Below are positions 1-10,088 of a stretch of DNA of 64,000 nucleotides, one piece after another; the first letter of the stretch is position 1; every line of letters begins with the position of its first letter. The notes beneath the pieces were generated by a model, which worked only from the letters and a program-made list of their open reading frames with translations, searched no databases and was not told the DNA's origin. Location of the stretch: NCBI GenBank assembly GCA_965222225.1, contig CBDCTK010000002.1, positions 3,424,001 through 3,488,000 of the forward strand, written 5' to 3'. This DNA comes from Candidatus Poribacteria bacterium (GTDB lineage: Bacteria; Poribacteria; WGA-4E; JAJDTR01). The translations under genes and the position numbers were made by a program.

Positions 1-777
1 TATCAAACGTCGTCTCGCACTCGCACGTGCAAGCCCAACATCGAAAGTGATATGGCGATACTCAGTAATACCGAGATTGATTGCATGTGCTGTTTCAAGG
101 TTGAAACCCCACTCAATCCATTCCGGCATATCTGCCTCCGGGATGTCACCCGCGGCGATAACCTTCATGATACTAATACCTTTTCCGAGCTGATACGCGC
201 GTTGGAGGTATTCCAGATGTCGATCGAGGGCACCACCCTCTAACATCCTGCCTTCCTTATTTGCCGTCGCTAGGATAACCTCGATTTCGGGATGGTCAAT
301 TACCGCACCCATGACAGCACCTGTATAGACATGCGTGGAACACCCGATAGCTCGGACTTTGCCAGCTTCTTTTGCTTCTCGAAACGCGTCTAGAGCTCCC
401 TCTCGCGATGCCAAATCTTCGGGTGTAGAGATGCCGTGTAGCAACAATACATCTATGTAATCCGTTTTCAGCTCCTGAAGTGAACGCGCAATGCTTGCAG
501 AGGCACCTTCGTAGTCTTTCGCACCGTTCTTCGTTTGAATGACAACCTCGTGCCGAAGAATCTGGCGCACTGCCTCTCCGAGATGGGGTTGCGTCCCATA
601 CCCCTCGGCAGTATCCCAAAAAGTAATACCCTCGTCAAAAACTCTCAACATCAGTTTGCTGCCCGCTTCGTAGGTATCGCAGGTGTCCTTAATCCGTCCT
701 GCACCGAAGCAGAGCCGTGAAATCTCTATCCCCGTTTTTCCATAGGCCAAATATTCCATTTTGTCCTCCGCAACCAT
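1..777 (-). CDS. Aldo/keto reductase family protein, 3' end runs off the window (start 777 or 759)
   Basis: Manual translation (not in ORF track): MVAEDKMEYLAYGKTGIEISRLCFG...ITFWDTAEGYG...QTK...SLQELKTDYIDVLLLHG...GKVRAIGCSTH; open to base 1. Confidence 0.85.
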   Translation of the reverse strand, partial: MVAEDKMEYLAYGKTGIEISRLCFGAGRIKDTCDTYEAGSKLMLRVFDEGITFWDTAEGYGTQPHLGEAVRQILRHEVVIQTKNGAKDYEGASASIARSLQELKTDYIDVLLLHGISTPEDLASREGALDAFREAKEAGKVRAIGCSTHVYTGAVMGAVIDHPEIEVILATANKEGRMLEGGALDRHLEYLQRAYQLGKGISIMKVIAAGDIPEADMPEWIEWGFNLETAHAINLGITEYRHITFDVGLARASARRRLI

Positions 778-912
778 CTGTTGTGATTCGCGTCAAACGG
801 TCTTTATGACTCTAATTCTATAAACTGGTTCAGATGCCTTCCGGTATACTTTAACCGAATCCCACCTGATGTTATACCAATTCCCTATTGAGGTTGTCCG
901 CTTCATAGCACT

Positions 913-1674
913 CTATTCCGAATCGTAGCATGCCTCCTTCAAGAATTGGAGCATCCGCAGCCGTCGTGGCGGGGCATCTTTGAACGTTTCGGGCGTGTAA
1001 TAGCCCCCGTCTTTGCGGTAGAGCCACTTGATGTGCTCCGCCTCCTCTGGCGTTCGTGGCTTTTGCAGATAGTTAAGATAAATACCGCGCCGTCTCACGC
1101 CCGCGCCGAATGCCGCATGGTAAAGTTTCACATTGAACGCCAATAGATCGCCCGGATCCGTTTCGATCGGATAGATGCCCGGAACATCCCTCCCAAGAGG
1201 CAGAATGTCTTCGCCGCATTTCTCCAGCCGCTCCCGGTAGGGAAGAAAGTGGCTCCCCGGCAGCACGGAGAGGCAGCCAGTTGTTGCCCGAACGGGCTCC
1301 AGATAGAAAATCACTTTCAGATGAAGATGTCCCTCGGGCGCAATATCGTCATGATGCCACCTCGTGTTGTGAGTTCGAATAGCCCCCTGCGAAACCGTAA
1401 AAACATAGTCTTCGCCGAGCAAATCCTCGATGAGTTCATTGAGTTTGTCGCTGTCAAGCAGTGGATGGTAGACCGCAGGATTGGATTCGAAGAACTGGAG
1501 CGTATTTATCATCCTTTTCTCTTCGTTTGTCTCCAGTGTCTTCAGACCTTTGGCTCTTTTCAATGTCTCATCGAATGCATCGGTGTACTTCTGCAGTTCG
1601 TCAGCAGGAAGAAAGTCCTTCAAACAGAGAAATCCCAAGGTTTCAAAATGGTGTTTCTGGGTTTCTGTTAGCAT
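913..1674 (-). CDS. Phytanoyl-CoA dioxygenase (PhyH) family Fe(II)/2OG dioxygenase, copy 1
   Basis: F..GFL N-terminus, WHHD (HxD), GCLSVLPGSH, PGDLLAFNVKLYH. Confidence 0.9.
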   Translation of the reverse strand: MLTETQKHHFETLGFLCLKDFLPADELQKYTDAFDETLKRAKGLKTLETNEEKRMINTLQFFESNPAVYHPLLDSDKLNELIEDLLGEDYVFTVSQGAIRTHNTRWHHDDIAPEGHLHLKVIFYLEPVRATTGCLSVLPGSHFLPYRERLEKCGEDILPLGRDVPGIYPIETDPGDLLAFNVKLYHAAFGAGVRRRGIYLNYLQKPRTPEEAEHIKWLYRKDGGYYTPETFKDAPPRRLRMLQFLKEACYDSE

Positions 1675-1747
1675 CTTACACCTCCGTGAATTCAGTGCGT
1701 TCTTCTAAGTTCGACTTTGTACAAAGTACAATTCTGAATTGTCATCT

Positions 1748-1780
1748 TAATGAGCGCGAAAGAACTCCCATAGAGATCCC
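1748..1780 (+). repeat. GA-hairpin unit family: two 3' fragments
   Basis: TAATGAGCGCGAAAGAACTCCC followed by ATAGAGATCCC. Confidence 0.65.
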
Positions 1781-1892
1781 TTCAAGCAAACATATAACCC
1801 CGCACGGAAAGAGCATTCGGACGGGCGTAATCCACTGCACCCGCTCCACTCCTATCCGCCACGCCTATCAAGGTTGTCCGCTTTAAAGTATA

Positions 1893-2654
1893 CTATTCCG
1901 AATCGTAGCACGCCTCCTTCAAGAATTGGAGCATCCGCAGCCGTCGTGGCGGGGCATCTTTGAACGTTTCAGGGGTGTAATAACCTCCGTCTTTGCGGTA
2001 GAGCCACTTTATGTACTCCGCCTCCTCAGGGGTCCTAGGCTTCTGTATATAGTTGATATAAACGCCGCGTCGTTTCGCGCCTTCGCCGAATGCGGAATGG
2101 TAAAGTTTCACATTGAAAACCAGGAGATCGCCGGGATCCGTCTCAATCGGATAGATGCCGGGAACATCCTTCCCGAGAGGCAGAATGTCTTCGCCATATT
2201 TCTCCATCCGTTCCCGGTAGGGAAGAAAGTGGCTGCCCGGCAGCACGCAGAGGCAGCCGGTTGTTGCCCTGACGGGTTCTAGATAGAAAATCACTTTCAG
2301 ATGACGATGTCCCTCCGGAGCGACATCGTCATGATGCCACCTCGTGTTGTTGGTGCGAAGGGCGCACTCTGAAACCGTAAACACATACTCTTCGCCGAGC
2401 AAGTCCTCAATGAGCTCGTTGAGTTTGTCGCCATCAAGCAGTGGGTGGTAAACCGCTGGATTCGACTCGAAGAACCGGAGGGTACCTATCGTCCTTCTCT
2501 CTTCATTTATCTCCAGCGTCTTGAGACCTTTGGCCCTTTTCAAGGTCTCATCGAATGCATCGGTGTACCGTTGTAGTTCGTCAGCAGGAAAAAAGTCCCT
2601 CAAACAGAGAAATCCCAACGTTTCAAAATGGTGTTTCTGAGCTTCTGTTAACAT
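1893..2654 (-). CDS. PhyH family dioxygenase, copy 2 (tandem paralog)
   Basis: Same length (253 aa) and motifs as 913-1674; identical C-terminal stretch. Confidence 0.9.
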   Translation of the reverse strand: MLTEAQKHHFETLGFLCLRDFFPADELQRYTDAFDETLKRAKGLKTLEINEERRTIGTLRFFESNPAVYHPLLDGDKLNELIEDLLGEEYVFTVSECALRTNNTRWHHDDVAPEGHRHLKVIFYLEPVRATTGCLCVLPGSHFLPYRERMEKYGEDILPLGKDVPGIYPIETDPGDLLVFNVKLYHSAFGEGAKRRGVYINYIQKPRTPEEAEYIKWLYRKDGGYYTPETFKDAPPRRLRMLQFLKEACYDSE

Positions 2655-2787
2655 TTTTCACCTTCCGTGGGTTCGTTCAGTGATTTTTGACGTGGCCGTT
2701 TTGCATATTCTGCGACCATCATGGTCACTGTTTCTATTTCTCAATCTCGACCCATCAACAGACTGCCCATCGCCAGAATTCAGCCCG

Positions 2788-4632
2788 TTACCAGATAATC
2801 CCTTTCAGATTAGGTATAAACCGGGTTCTCTTCACCTGGTTTCCGGATGGCACATCTTCATAAAGCGGATAAGCCACCCCTTTTGGATCAATGGAGATGA
2901 CATCTGAACCGCGCAGAACCAATTTGTACGGAATTTCCCCGAGCACCCGATGCACCTCTCGTTGCGGCACCGGGAACTCCAACGTGACCCGATCGCCCGG
3001 TTTCAGCCAGCCGACCCGCAGATAACGCCCTTCAATCAACGCCCGGCGCGCTTCTGCCCCAACGGTTACCCGCACCGCGTCGGGTTTGCACCACTCCGGA
3101 ATCCGCACAGCCACTTCTGGCGCATCCTTAATTCGAAGTATAACCTTTCCCTCCACCGGCAAATAACTGTCAATGTCGAGCCATTCGGAGGCGCGATTCA
3201 GCAACAGATGCACCTTCACCAGATCGCCCGTCTTGCTCACCATGCTATCCCACACGCAATAAAACGTCCGCGCACCGTTAGCCGTGCAGCAGTGCATAAT
3301 TGACGAATCCATTAGCTTTGGACCATCGGGAGTTTGATTCACGGTCAGGGCTTCATTGGCGCGCATCCAACCGAAGAACGAACCGACAGATCTCTCGCGA
3401 ATATTTGTGGAGTCACGGTACAACCGGTTGTCCGGTTCCGTATTATAATATTCCTCCGGGATATCTTCAAACAGGTGAGGGTCGCACAGTTGCCCCTGAG
3501 CGTACACATTACGCACCCACCGATCAACATCGTCCCAGTAATCGCCCAACCCGGCGCGGGTCAAGTAAAGCGCCAGCCAGACCATATCGGCAACCTCGCA
3601 GATCTCGACCGTATTGCCGTACCTTTCTAGGTAACGGTCGGTGCCCTGTTGAACCTCCGGATAGAACCCGATAAGCGGATCGCCCATCTCCCGCGCCCAA
3701 CGGTAGCACGCGTCCACCCGCTCCAGCACCTCCCGATTTCCGGTGGCGTAGCCGTACTCGCACACTGCCATCAGGGCGTAAAGCCCGTGATGAAAATGCC
3801 AAAACGAGTAGCGGCCATCCTCGTCGTTAAAAACGCGATCTAACGCCCAACGAGCCAAACCACGACACAACTCCAGAGCAGGCTCATAACCCGTGACGCG
3901 GTAGAAGAGCCCCGCACCGTGCCCGGTAGAACCTATCGAATATATCGTTGTAAACAGATGTTCCTTGCTATATAAACCGCCGCCTTCGTCCGGCAACATG
4001 CCCGGTTCATCGGCATTGCTCGGTGGAATTTGTCCCGGTTGGTATTGCGCTCGCCAGAGAAACCTGAAACCATCCTTTTCTCGCGTCAGGGATAGAATGC
4101 GATCAACTTTGCGTTTGCCAAACTCAATCCATTGTGGGTTGTCGTCAACCTGCGCCAGTATTGACATCGTCACGATTTGCCTGCCTTCACCCCAAATCTC
4201 GGCGAAAGGTATCATCTCATCGGCCTCACCTTCCGCAAAATGGGCCATTCCCATAGGAACCGTGTCGAATATATCGGTCGGGCAATAGGTAAGTCCGTCC
4301 GCACCGATAAGGTCTACCTGTGCCTGAATGACCCCCGAATCCACCTCCAAACTGGACTCATCCCCGGAAGCCAGTCGGCCCAACGCCAACGCCTCCACGA
4401 ATTTCGGCGGAATATTCAGATAGACATCGATTAAATGGTTGACAAACAGCACCGCCGGTCTACGCGAGAAATCCACGATGAATTTCAAACCCCACCGTGA
4501 CTCCGCGTCCCAGACATTGGTTAGGGCATTGATAGCCAACGCCATCCTATCTGCCAAATCGAGTGTATCTGGCACTTCGACCTCATAGCGGTCACCCTTT
4601 ATGCATTGTGCGGTAGGGTTATCATCAGCCAT
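2788..4632 (-). CDS. GH127/GH146-like (alpha/alpha)6 hydrolase, hypothetical
   Basis: EICEVADM and HCCTANG resemble the GH127 E-x-C and CC Zn motifs; C-terminal VRIPEW...GDRVTLEFP beta domains. Confidence 0.55.
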   Translation of the reverse strand: MADDNPTAQCIKGDRYEVEVPDTLDLADRMALAINALTNVWDAESRWGLKFIVDFSRRPAVLFVNHLIDVYLNIPPKFVEALALGRLASGDESSLEVDSGVIQAQVDLIGADGLTYCPTDIFDTVPMGMAHFAEGEADEMIPFAEIWGEGRQIVTMSILAQVDDNPQWIEFGKRKVDRILSLTREKDGFRFLWRAQYQPGQIPPSNADEPGMLPDEGGGLYSKEHLFTTIYSIGSTGHGAGLFYRVTGYEPALELCRGLARWALDRVFNDEDGRYSFWHFHHGLYALMAVCEYGYATGNREVLERVDACYRWAREMGDPLIGFYPEVQQGTDRYLERYGNTVEICEVADMVWLALYLTRAGLGDYWDDVDRWVRNVYAQGQLCDPHLFEDIPEEYYNTEPDNRLYRDSTNIRERSVGSFFGWMRANEALTVNQTPDGPKLMDSSIMHCCTANGARTFYCVWDSMVSKTGDLVKVHLLLNRASEWLDIDSYLPVEGKVILRIKDAPEVAVRIPEWCKPDAVRVTVGAEARRALIEGRYLRVGWLKPGDRVTLEFPVPQREVHRVLGEIPYKLVLRGSDVISIDPKGVAYPLYEDVPSGNQVKRTRFIPNLKGIIW

Positions 4633-4777
4633 ACGCTTCTTGTCCTTTCAATCTCAACACTGTTTCAAGTTTCACGCTCCCAACTTCTCTGACTCGACGC
4701 GCACCCTCAATGCTCAGACTGGATTGGCAAATCCAGACTGCACACTCGAATCCACCCGTCCGAATCACTCGTCTTTC

Positions 4778-5638
4778 TTATCTCTGCCGGATAAACTTCT
4801 GCAGCCGACCATCTGCCTGCACCTCGCTCACATACATATCCCCATGCGAATCTACCCAGAGACCGTGTGGGCAAGCATAGAACAACCCGGGCACCTCATT
4901 TCCGCGCTCACTCCCCCACTGGGTAATCACCTCCCCATCAAGCGTCATTATCGTGAGGTGCTGATCCATCTCCGCAATGTAAACGATGTCGTCCTCATCA
5001 ATGTAAATGGTGTCCGGATGCTTTAACCCGCCCCACTCTTCAATGTACTCGCCGTCAAGCGTGAAGAACTGGATGCGGTTGTTGCTGCGGTCTGCCACCA
5101 TCACCCGGTTGCGCGGATCCACCCGAACACAATGCGGCAAATCAAACTCTCCGGGTCCCGTCCCCGGCCTACCCCACGACATTATCAACTCTCCGTCGGG
5201 CGAATACTTGTGTACACGCGCGTTTCCGTACCCATCACTGATGAACATCTCGCCATTCGGGCCTAGTGCAAGATCGGTCGGCAAATTGAACGGTTCTCCA
5301 TCCGCACCAGGCTGACCTTGGTTGCCGATGGACATCAGCAGTTCGCCGTCCGACGTGAATTTGTGCATAATATGTGCGTCCCGCTCAACACAATAGATGT
5401 TATCTTCGGCATCAATGAAAATGCCGTGTGCATCCACAAGGATGTCGTCTCCCCACGAAGCGAGAAAGTTACCTTCGCGATCGAAAACCACCATGGGGTG
5501 CTCACTTCGGCTGTAGACATAAACCCTGTCTTGCGAATCCACGCCAACGGCTGGAATCCAACCGAAATTCCATCCTTCGGGTAATTGCCACCAATCTTCC
5601 TGAACTTCGTAAGTATGACTACCTGCTCCGTATGTCAT
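4778..5638 (-). CDS. NHL-repeat protein, peptidyl-alpha-hydroxyglycine alpha-amidating lyase-like
   Basis: NHL repeats FNLPTDLA, ISDGYGNARVHKY, GPGEFDLPH, ADRSNNRIQFF. Confidence 0.85.
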   Translation of the reverse strand: MTYGAGSHTYEVQEDWWQLPEGWNFGWIPAVGVDSQDRVYVYSRSEHPMVVFDREGNFLASWGDDILVDAHGIFIDAEDNIYCVERDAHIMHKFTSDGELLMSIGNQGQPGADGEPFNLPTDLALGPNGEMFISDGYGNARVHKYSPDGELIMSWGRPGTGPGEFDLPHCVRVDPRNRVMVADRSNNRIQFFTLDGEYIEEWGGLKHPDTIYIDEDDIVYIAEMDQHLTIMTLDGEVITQWGSERGNEVPGLFYACPHGLWVDSHGDMYVSEVQADGRLQKFIRQR

Positions 5639-5729
5639 GCGACTTTTCCTCCGAGAGTCTAAATATTGTGCACATAAATCATTCCATATCCTGCATTCAT
5701 TATCTCATAGTTATTGCCGAATTGCAACA

Positions 5730-5835
5730 ATCAACCAATCAAACGAGATCAACCGAACGGACAGTGAGGGCGATAGACATCCTGATAGCGACTGCGATAG
5801 TAAATCCCGTGCGATAGTATTCCTATAGAAATCTT
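5730..5835 (+). repeat. GA-hairpin unit family: compound array (2 prefixes, full unit 5748-5783, 3 suffixes)
   Basis: ATCAA CC GA AC GGACA GT GA GG GCGAT AGACATCCT plus flanking fragments. Confidence 0.85.
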
Positions 5836-5993
5836 CTCCAACCTGTAGGAGGGAGCTCCGGCTCGCGACAAACCCAAGTTTATTCTCGAAATCTCGGTTT
5901 TACCTCCATCGCCTTCTTCGCCTTGCAGCACCGTATTTCGCCGCGCCGCCCGCGCTCTCACGATTCACGCACTACGTTTCATGTGCGTCCCGT

Positions 5994-6024
5994 CCTTCCA
6001 ATCTTCCCTCCTTCCATCCTTCCC
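5994..6024. repeat. CTTCC 8-nt-period tandem repeat
   Basis: CCTTCCAATCTTCCCTCCTTCCATCCTTCC; related tracts at 22425 and 49304. Confidence 0.7.
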
Positions 6025-6038
6025 CGTTCGTAGTAGTG

Positions 6039-6074
6039 ATCAAGGAAGCGAATAGCGACCGCGATAGAAATCCT
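6039..6074 (+). repeat. GA-hairpin unit
   Basis: ATCAA GG AA GC GAATA GC GA CC GCGAT AGAAATCCT after GTAGTAGTG. Confidence 0.85.
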
Positions 6075-6106
6075 TTCTCCGCACATCTGGTCTATCGGCT
6101 TTTTGC

Positions 6107-6136
6107 TTGACTGCGTTCTGCGATTGGATTTATAAT
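6107..6136 (+). promoter_or_regulatory. Putative sigma70 promoter
   Basis: TTGACT-18 nt-TATAAT upstream of the dehydrogenase. Confidence 0.5.
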
Positions 6137-6273
6137 CCCATCCTTGATAAGCGCACAATTAAGAACACGCGGAAACGGAACGCACGAAATCAAAGAGAAA
6201 CAAACGTGACACAATCGAAGGAGTTTATGCGACTGCTTCACAACAATCTTTGCCAAGAGGGATTCATAAGATT

Positions 6274-7317
6274 ATGAGTATGCAGGCGGCGTTTATGCAC
6301 GGCGCGCGCGACATGCGCGTTGAACGAACAGAAATTCCCCATGCTACGGAAACAACCGCCGTCATAAAAGTTATGAGCAGCGGCGTCTGCGGCTCCGATC
6401 TGCACTGGTACGCAGTCCGACCCTACCCGGAGCCCACCGTGCTGGGACACGAAGTTAGCGGCGAGATCGTGGAAGTTGGAACCGAGCTTGGAGGGTTCCG
6501 CGAAGGCGATCGCGTCTGCGTGGACCTCACCCGACACTACGCGTGTGGGGATTGCCCATCCTGCCGTGGGGGCACATACTTTCACTGTCCGAACAAGGCT
6601 CGCGTGCCGTGGGGCGGTGGTTTCGCGGAATACATGGAAGTCAAGGGCTTGGGAATCCACCCCCTGCCGGATTCGCTTACCCACGAACAGGGAGCAATGG
6701 TCGAACCGGTCGCTGTCGGAGTTCACGCCTGCCGCTACGGCAATGTCAAATCCGGCGAGAGTGTGTTGGTGCTCGGTGCGGGAACAATTGGCTTGCTATC
6801 TCTTGCTGTGGCAAAGGTGTTTGGCGCCAAACGTGCCTACATTGTAGCCAAGTACGATGTGCAGGTGCGTATGGCGGAGGCGATGGGCGCAGATGGCATT
6901 ATCCGCTTGGGAACCGGCCACTTGGCTCAGCAGGTGCAAGAAATTTCGGATGGAGAACCCATTGACACCGTTATTGAAACTGTCGGCGGATCTGCTCCAA
7001 CCATCGATCAAGCAGTAAGCGCCGTCAGACCCGAAGGCAAGGTTGTTGTTACCGGCGTCTTTCCCAAACCCGTCCCGATCAACTTGGAACAGGCACTGGA
7101 AAAGGAGGCGAAAATCATCTTCTCCGTATGTTACAGCGCGGAAAACGGAACACACGACTATGAAGCCGCTTCCGATCTCATCGCCTCCGGAAAAGTGAAC
7201 GCGACGCAACTCATCACGCATCGCTTCCCGCTGAACCAAACGCCCGAGGCATTTGAAACTGCCCTTGACAAAACGACCGGCTCGGTCAAAGCCATGATAA
7301 ACGTGTCCGCGCCATAA
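6274..7317 (+). CDS. Zinc-dependent alcohol dehydrogenase (MDR family)
   Basis: GVCGSDLH, GHE, CGDCPSCRGG..FHC, GAGTIG. Confidence 0.92.
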   Translation: MSMQAAFMHGARDMRVERTEIPHATETTAVIKVMSSGVCGSDLHWYAVRPYPEPTVLGHEVSGEIVEVGTELGGFREGDRVCVDLTRHYACGDCPSCRGGTYFHCPNKARVPWGGGFAEYMEVKGLGIHPLPDSLTHEQGAMVEPVAVGVHACRYGNVKSGESVLVLGAGTIGLLSLAVAKVFGAKRAYIVAKYDVQVRMAEAMGADGIIRLGTGHLAQQVQEISDGEPIDTVIETVGGSAPTIDQAVSAVRPEGKVVVTGVFPKPVPINLEQALEKEAKIIFSVCYSAENGTHDYEAASDLIASGKVNATQLITHRFPLNQTPEAFETALDKTTGSVKAMINVSAP

Positions 7318-7493
7318 AATTGTCCACAACTTGCACGCATCTTGACTTCCGAGGATAAAAGCGTATGCGTCTCGTTTACTCTTGAGTCCGGTACTCACCA
7401 CAAAACTGTTTAAACAACGACGGGAACAACACCGATACATTTCCAGTGCCACTGTGAAAGTCCTTTTCCTTCTTAAAAAGAGAGGTCATCTAC

Positions 7494-8540
7494 ATGGACA
7501 AACATGCTCACACTCGAAATAACCCGAACCCCCATTTGACCATCCCTGCCTCGGAAACTGCCGAGCGGATGGCTAATTCTTGTGCGAATTTTCTGGAAGC
7601 CTTGACACCCGCTCTGCGACAAAAGGCGGAATTTCCGTTTGCCGACACCGAGCGGTTACGTTGGCACTTCGTCCCGGTAGAGTTGTGGGAACGAAAAGGC
7701 ATACCGCTTAAGGAGATGAATGATGCGCAGCGGAAGGCAGCCTTCAAACTACTGGCGTGCGGGCTAAGCAATCAGGGATATCGCAAAGCGAAAGCAATCA
7801 TCAACTTGGAGCCGACACTCGGTGAAATTGAGCGTGCCGAGGGCGATACCCGATTTCCGCGTGACCCGGAGCAATACTTCTTTTCGGTATTTGGCGATCC
7901 GACCAATAACGAGCCTTGGGGCTGGCGGGCGGAAGGACACCACGTCTCGCTCCACTTCACGGTGATAAATCGGGAATTCATCTCTCCAAATCCCTGCTTT
8001 TTCGGTTCCAATCCCGCAGAAGTTCGGCACGGTGCTAACAAAGGGCTACGTATTCTCTCGGCGGAGGAAGATCTTGCGCGGCAACTGCTTGGCAGCTTGA
8101 AGACCGATCAGAGAGGCAAAGCGGTTATCAACCCAACCGCGCCCCCTGACATTCTGACGCGTGAACAACTGAAAGTTGAAGTTGGGGCGGTGCAAGGGCT
8201 GGCTGCCGAGTCGATGGAGACCCCGCAACGAGAACTACTCGTAAAACTAATTCACGAGTATGTGGAAAGACTGCCGCAGGAGATAGCCGACATAGAAATT
8301 CGGAAACTTCGAGATGCCAACCTGAACGACATCCATTTTGCGTGGGCAGGCGCGGAAGAGCGCGGCAAACCGCACTACTACCGCCTTCACGGACCATTCT
8401 TCTTCGCCGAATACGACAACACGCAGAATAACGCCAACCACATTCATACCGTGTGGCGACACATGGAGGACGATTTCGGTTTCGATTTGCTCCGATTGCA
8501 CTATCAACACGCGGAACCCACGAAACACCATCAACATTGA
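7494..8540 (+). CDS. DUF3500 domain protein
   Basis: WGWRAEGHHVSL, FFGSNP, YYRLHGP, EYDNTQNNANHIHTVWR. Confidence 0.88.
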   Translation: MDKHAHTRNNPNPHLTIPASETAERMANSCANFLEALTPALRQKAEFPFADTERLRWHFVPVELWERKGIPLKEMNDAQRKAAFKLLACGLSNQGYRKAKAIINLEPTLGEIERAEGDTRFPRDPEQYFFSVFGDPTNNEPWGWRAEGHHVSLHFTVINREFISPNPCFFGSNPAEVRHGANKGLRILSAEEDLARQLLGSLKTDQRGKAVINPTAPPDILTREQLKVEVGAVQGLAAESMETPQRELLVKLIHEYVERLPQEIADIEIRKLRDANLNDIHFAWAGAEERGKPHYYRLHGPFFFAEYDNTQNNANHIHTVWRHMEDDFGFDLLRLHYQHAEPTKHHQH

Positions 8541-8604
8541 CGAATCGGAGTTTATAGTCATTGCAACTAAGAATTATACATTTAGGATTTATGCAGTGCG
8601 GTTT

Positions 8605-8664
8605 GTAGGAGCGATCAAAGGAATGAATAATGACTGCGATAGAGATCCCTCTCCGAATCGCGAC
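8605..8664 (+). repeat. GTAG REP-like palindrome interrupted by a GA-hairpin unit (8614-8649)
   Basis: GTAGGAGCG[unit]TCTCCGAATCGCGAC; uninterrupted copy at 51408-51432. Confidence 0.9.
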
Positions 8665-8842
8665 CATGGGTTTATAGCAGCGCAGTTCATTGCGCGTCGC
8701 TTGGTGCTTCACTTACCTATAGATCGCAATATGTGTAAATGTGAAGGTAGATGATTATAAGAATGCTGGACATATCCACGACGACGTCGGAAATCGGAAG
8801 TAGCATTTTCCTCCAATCCACAGAAATCCTAACAAAGACTAT

Positions 8843-10018
8843 ATGAACACTGTACGCGTTGGCATCGTCGGGTTGGGGCTTGTTGCTGCCTCACACTTGA
8901 AAGGCTACGGGTGCCATCCACATGCCCAAGTCGTTGCCATCTGCGATCTTGAGGCGGCAAGAGCAGATCGTTTTGCGTCGGAACACGGAATTGAGGATGT
9001 CTATACGTCGTATGAGGAGATGTTGGCAAAAGCCCAAATCAACACGGTTGATATCGCCACCCCGACCTTTCTACACCCATCAATGACCCGCCAAGCCGCC
9101 GAAGCCGGAATGCATGTCCACTGCGAGAAACCCTTCTGCCGGAGTGTGGGCGAAGGCCTTGAAGCCTGCGAGGCTGTACACCGTAGCGGGGTCAAGCTAG
9201 TTGTCGGTGAGACGTATGTCTTTATCGCCTCCCACATGAAGGCTCGTGAACTAATTGATGCCGGAGAGATTGGACGCCCCCTCCAACTACGCCAACGGCA
9301 CGGTGCTTGGTTCGAGCGTGAAAGAGAAGTGGTTGGAGAAATCCCCGAAGCCCGAAACTGGCGCGTCAATGGCGAAAAATCGGGCGGTGGTGACTATCCG
9401 TGGATCTTCGACCATGCCGTGCATTTCTTCGCCACAGCCGAATACCTCATGGGAGATACCCGGATTGCCGAAATCTCTGCCGTCACCGGTACCTGTCGAA
9501 CGGATTCGAACGGAGGCGGTGCTGCCCACGATCCTTATTCGATCCCCGATGTCGATATTCCCATCATCACGTGGAAGTATGAGGATACTGATTGCCAGGG
9601 GCTTTGGATGCGAGCTGAACGGCTGAACGGCAAATACGACTACATGCACGGCTTCAGCACGACGGTCATCGGTGAGCGCGGTATGATTGAGGTGCTGGGG
9701 GAGGGCGGTCACAATCTGTTGTGGAACGGCGAGCAGCAGCATCTGCTTTTGCATCGCGAAGGCAAAGAAACCCGCTCCTTCCGCTTTGACGAGGGAGGCG
9801 ATGATGTTTGGCAATCTGATATCAGCTACTACAGCCGCGGACATATTAACCAAGTCCACCATCTTATCGACTGTGTCCACCATGATACTTCACCCCGTTA
9901 TTCCGGGGAGGATGGTGTACATGCCGTACGCTGCACCTTAGCCGCAATACGCTCCGCTCGCGAAAGCCGCCCCATCGCCGTAGAGGACATCGCTCCAAGC
10001 TACACCGCCTACTCCTAG
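8843..10018 (+). CDS. Gfo/Idh/MocA family oxidoreductase
   Basis: GIVGLG, DIATPTFLH, CEKP, DHAVH. Confidence 0.92.
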   Translation: MNTVRVGIVGLGLVAASHLKGYGCHPHAQVVAICDLEAARADRFASEHGIEDVYTSYEEMLAKAQINTVDIATPTFLHPSMTRQAAEAGMHVHCEKPFCRSVGEGLEACEAVHRSGVKLVVGETYVFIASHMKARELIDAGEIGRPLQLRQRHGAWFEREREVVGEIPEARNWRVNGEKSGGGDYPWIFDHAVHFFATAEYLMGDTRIAEISAVTGTCRTDSNGGGAAHDPYSIPDVDIPIITWKYEDTDCQGLWMRAERLNGKYDYMHGFSTTVIGERGMIEVLGEGGHNLLWNGEQQHLLLHREGKETRSFRFDEGGDDVWQSDISYYSRGHINQVHHLIDCVHHDTSPRYSGEDGVHAVRCTLAAIRSARESRPIAVEDIAPSYTAYS

Positions 10019-10088
10019 GTCTATTTGCCTTGAAGATTAGAACTTACCCATTCGGTAATGAGACGATGACCATTTTAGAGGTATCGGT

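Noticed and set aside
5730-5835. 36-nt repeats as a CRISPR array (also 32349-32467)
   Set aside because: No unique spacers of regular length, repeats are variable and nested, and there are no cas genes in the window.
8614-8649. Unit variability as DGR adenine mutagenesis or codon wobble
   Set aside because: Adenines are conserved, variable sites pair with each other, no frame confines them to third positions, and there is no RT in the window.
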